DNA from: Paraspadella gotoi
Taxonomy: Eukaryota; Animalia; Chaetognatha
DNA length: 64,000 bases
Assembly (NCBI GenBank): GCA_051294375.1
Contig: CM119264.1
Coordinates: 20,933,636 to 20,997,635, forward strand
Reading direction: 5' to 3'
Numbering within the stretch: the first letter of the stretch is position 1; each line of letters opens with the position of its first letter. The notes under the pieces were generated by a model that was not told the DNA's origin, searched no databases, and saw only the letters and a list, made by a program, of their open reading frames with translations. The position numbers and the translations under genes are program-made. Shown here piece by piece: positions 63,434-64,000 of this stretch.

Positions 63434-63964
63434 AGTCGGAGTACAGAGAGCGGCCGGTCACACCAAAAAACCTTGAGTTGGCCATGAGCGGAGAATTCAA
63501 TTGAAAAGGTAAGGGAAAAGGGGGAACACTCAGAGCGAGAGAAAAGGAAGTTTATTGCATTAAAAAGAAAGAAGGGAAAAGGAAAGGGAAGAAAGCAAAT
63601 TTTTTTAAGGAATCGTTAAAAAAAAACAAAAAAAAAAAAAAACAATAAAACAAAGCCCCCTTTATAATAACCTATTTTCAAATTAATAAACTGAGTAGCG
63701 TCAGCGAGCTAGAGACGTTGATATTTTTTATTATGTTTTACATTCATATAAGTGACTGATTTTAAAAATTAAATGAATAAAATAAATAACTGGAAATTGA
63801 CGTAAAAATGACGTAAAATTGACGTAAAATTGACGTAAAACGTGGAGAGAAGAAAAAAAAAGAGGAGGAAACGAGAGATGAAAGTCTTCGACTGCGACGC
63901 GAGGCGGAAGAAACTAACGCGACGAGAAAAAGCAACGAAAGAAAGACAAATGAATATAAGATCG

Positions 63965-64000
<36 letters not shown>

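Overview
AT-rich, intron-containing invertebrate genomic DNA, probably spiralian judging by the buccalin/allatostatin-A-type precursor and the tropomyosin C-terminus. It has GC-richer exons and many (GA)n microsatellites. Genes assembled by hand from GT-AG exons: a tropomyosin (-); a polycystin S4-S6 pore fragment that appears to splice in frame to ZU5-like and death-domain exons (+); a 14-copy xDPYGFAGGL-amide neuropeptide precursor (+); a coiled-coil/death-domain gene (-); the 3' end of ARHGAP39 (-); and an ApoD-like lipocalin (+). The repeat landscape includes hAT MITEs with 8-bp TSDs, Helentron/HINE-like elements, a Tc1 relic and Penelope-type minimal hammerheads. The main discovery is a set of miniature non-coding LTR retroelements with 4-bp TSDs. 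One family is present as LTR-PBS-PPT-LTR elements and three more as solo LTRs. Each ~235-260 bp LTR carries a tRNA-like Pol III-type head followed by a circularly permuted (type P5) twister ribozyme fold supported by compensatory base changes. These are candidate animal 'twister LTR retrozymes' predicted to release a ~415-420 nt circularisable RNA. All calls are from manual reading; no searches were run.
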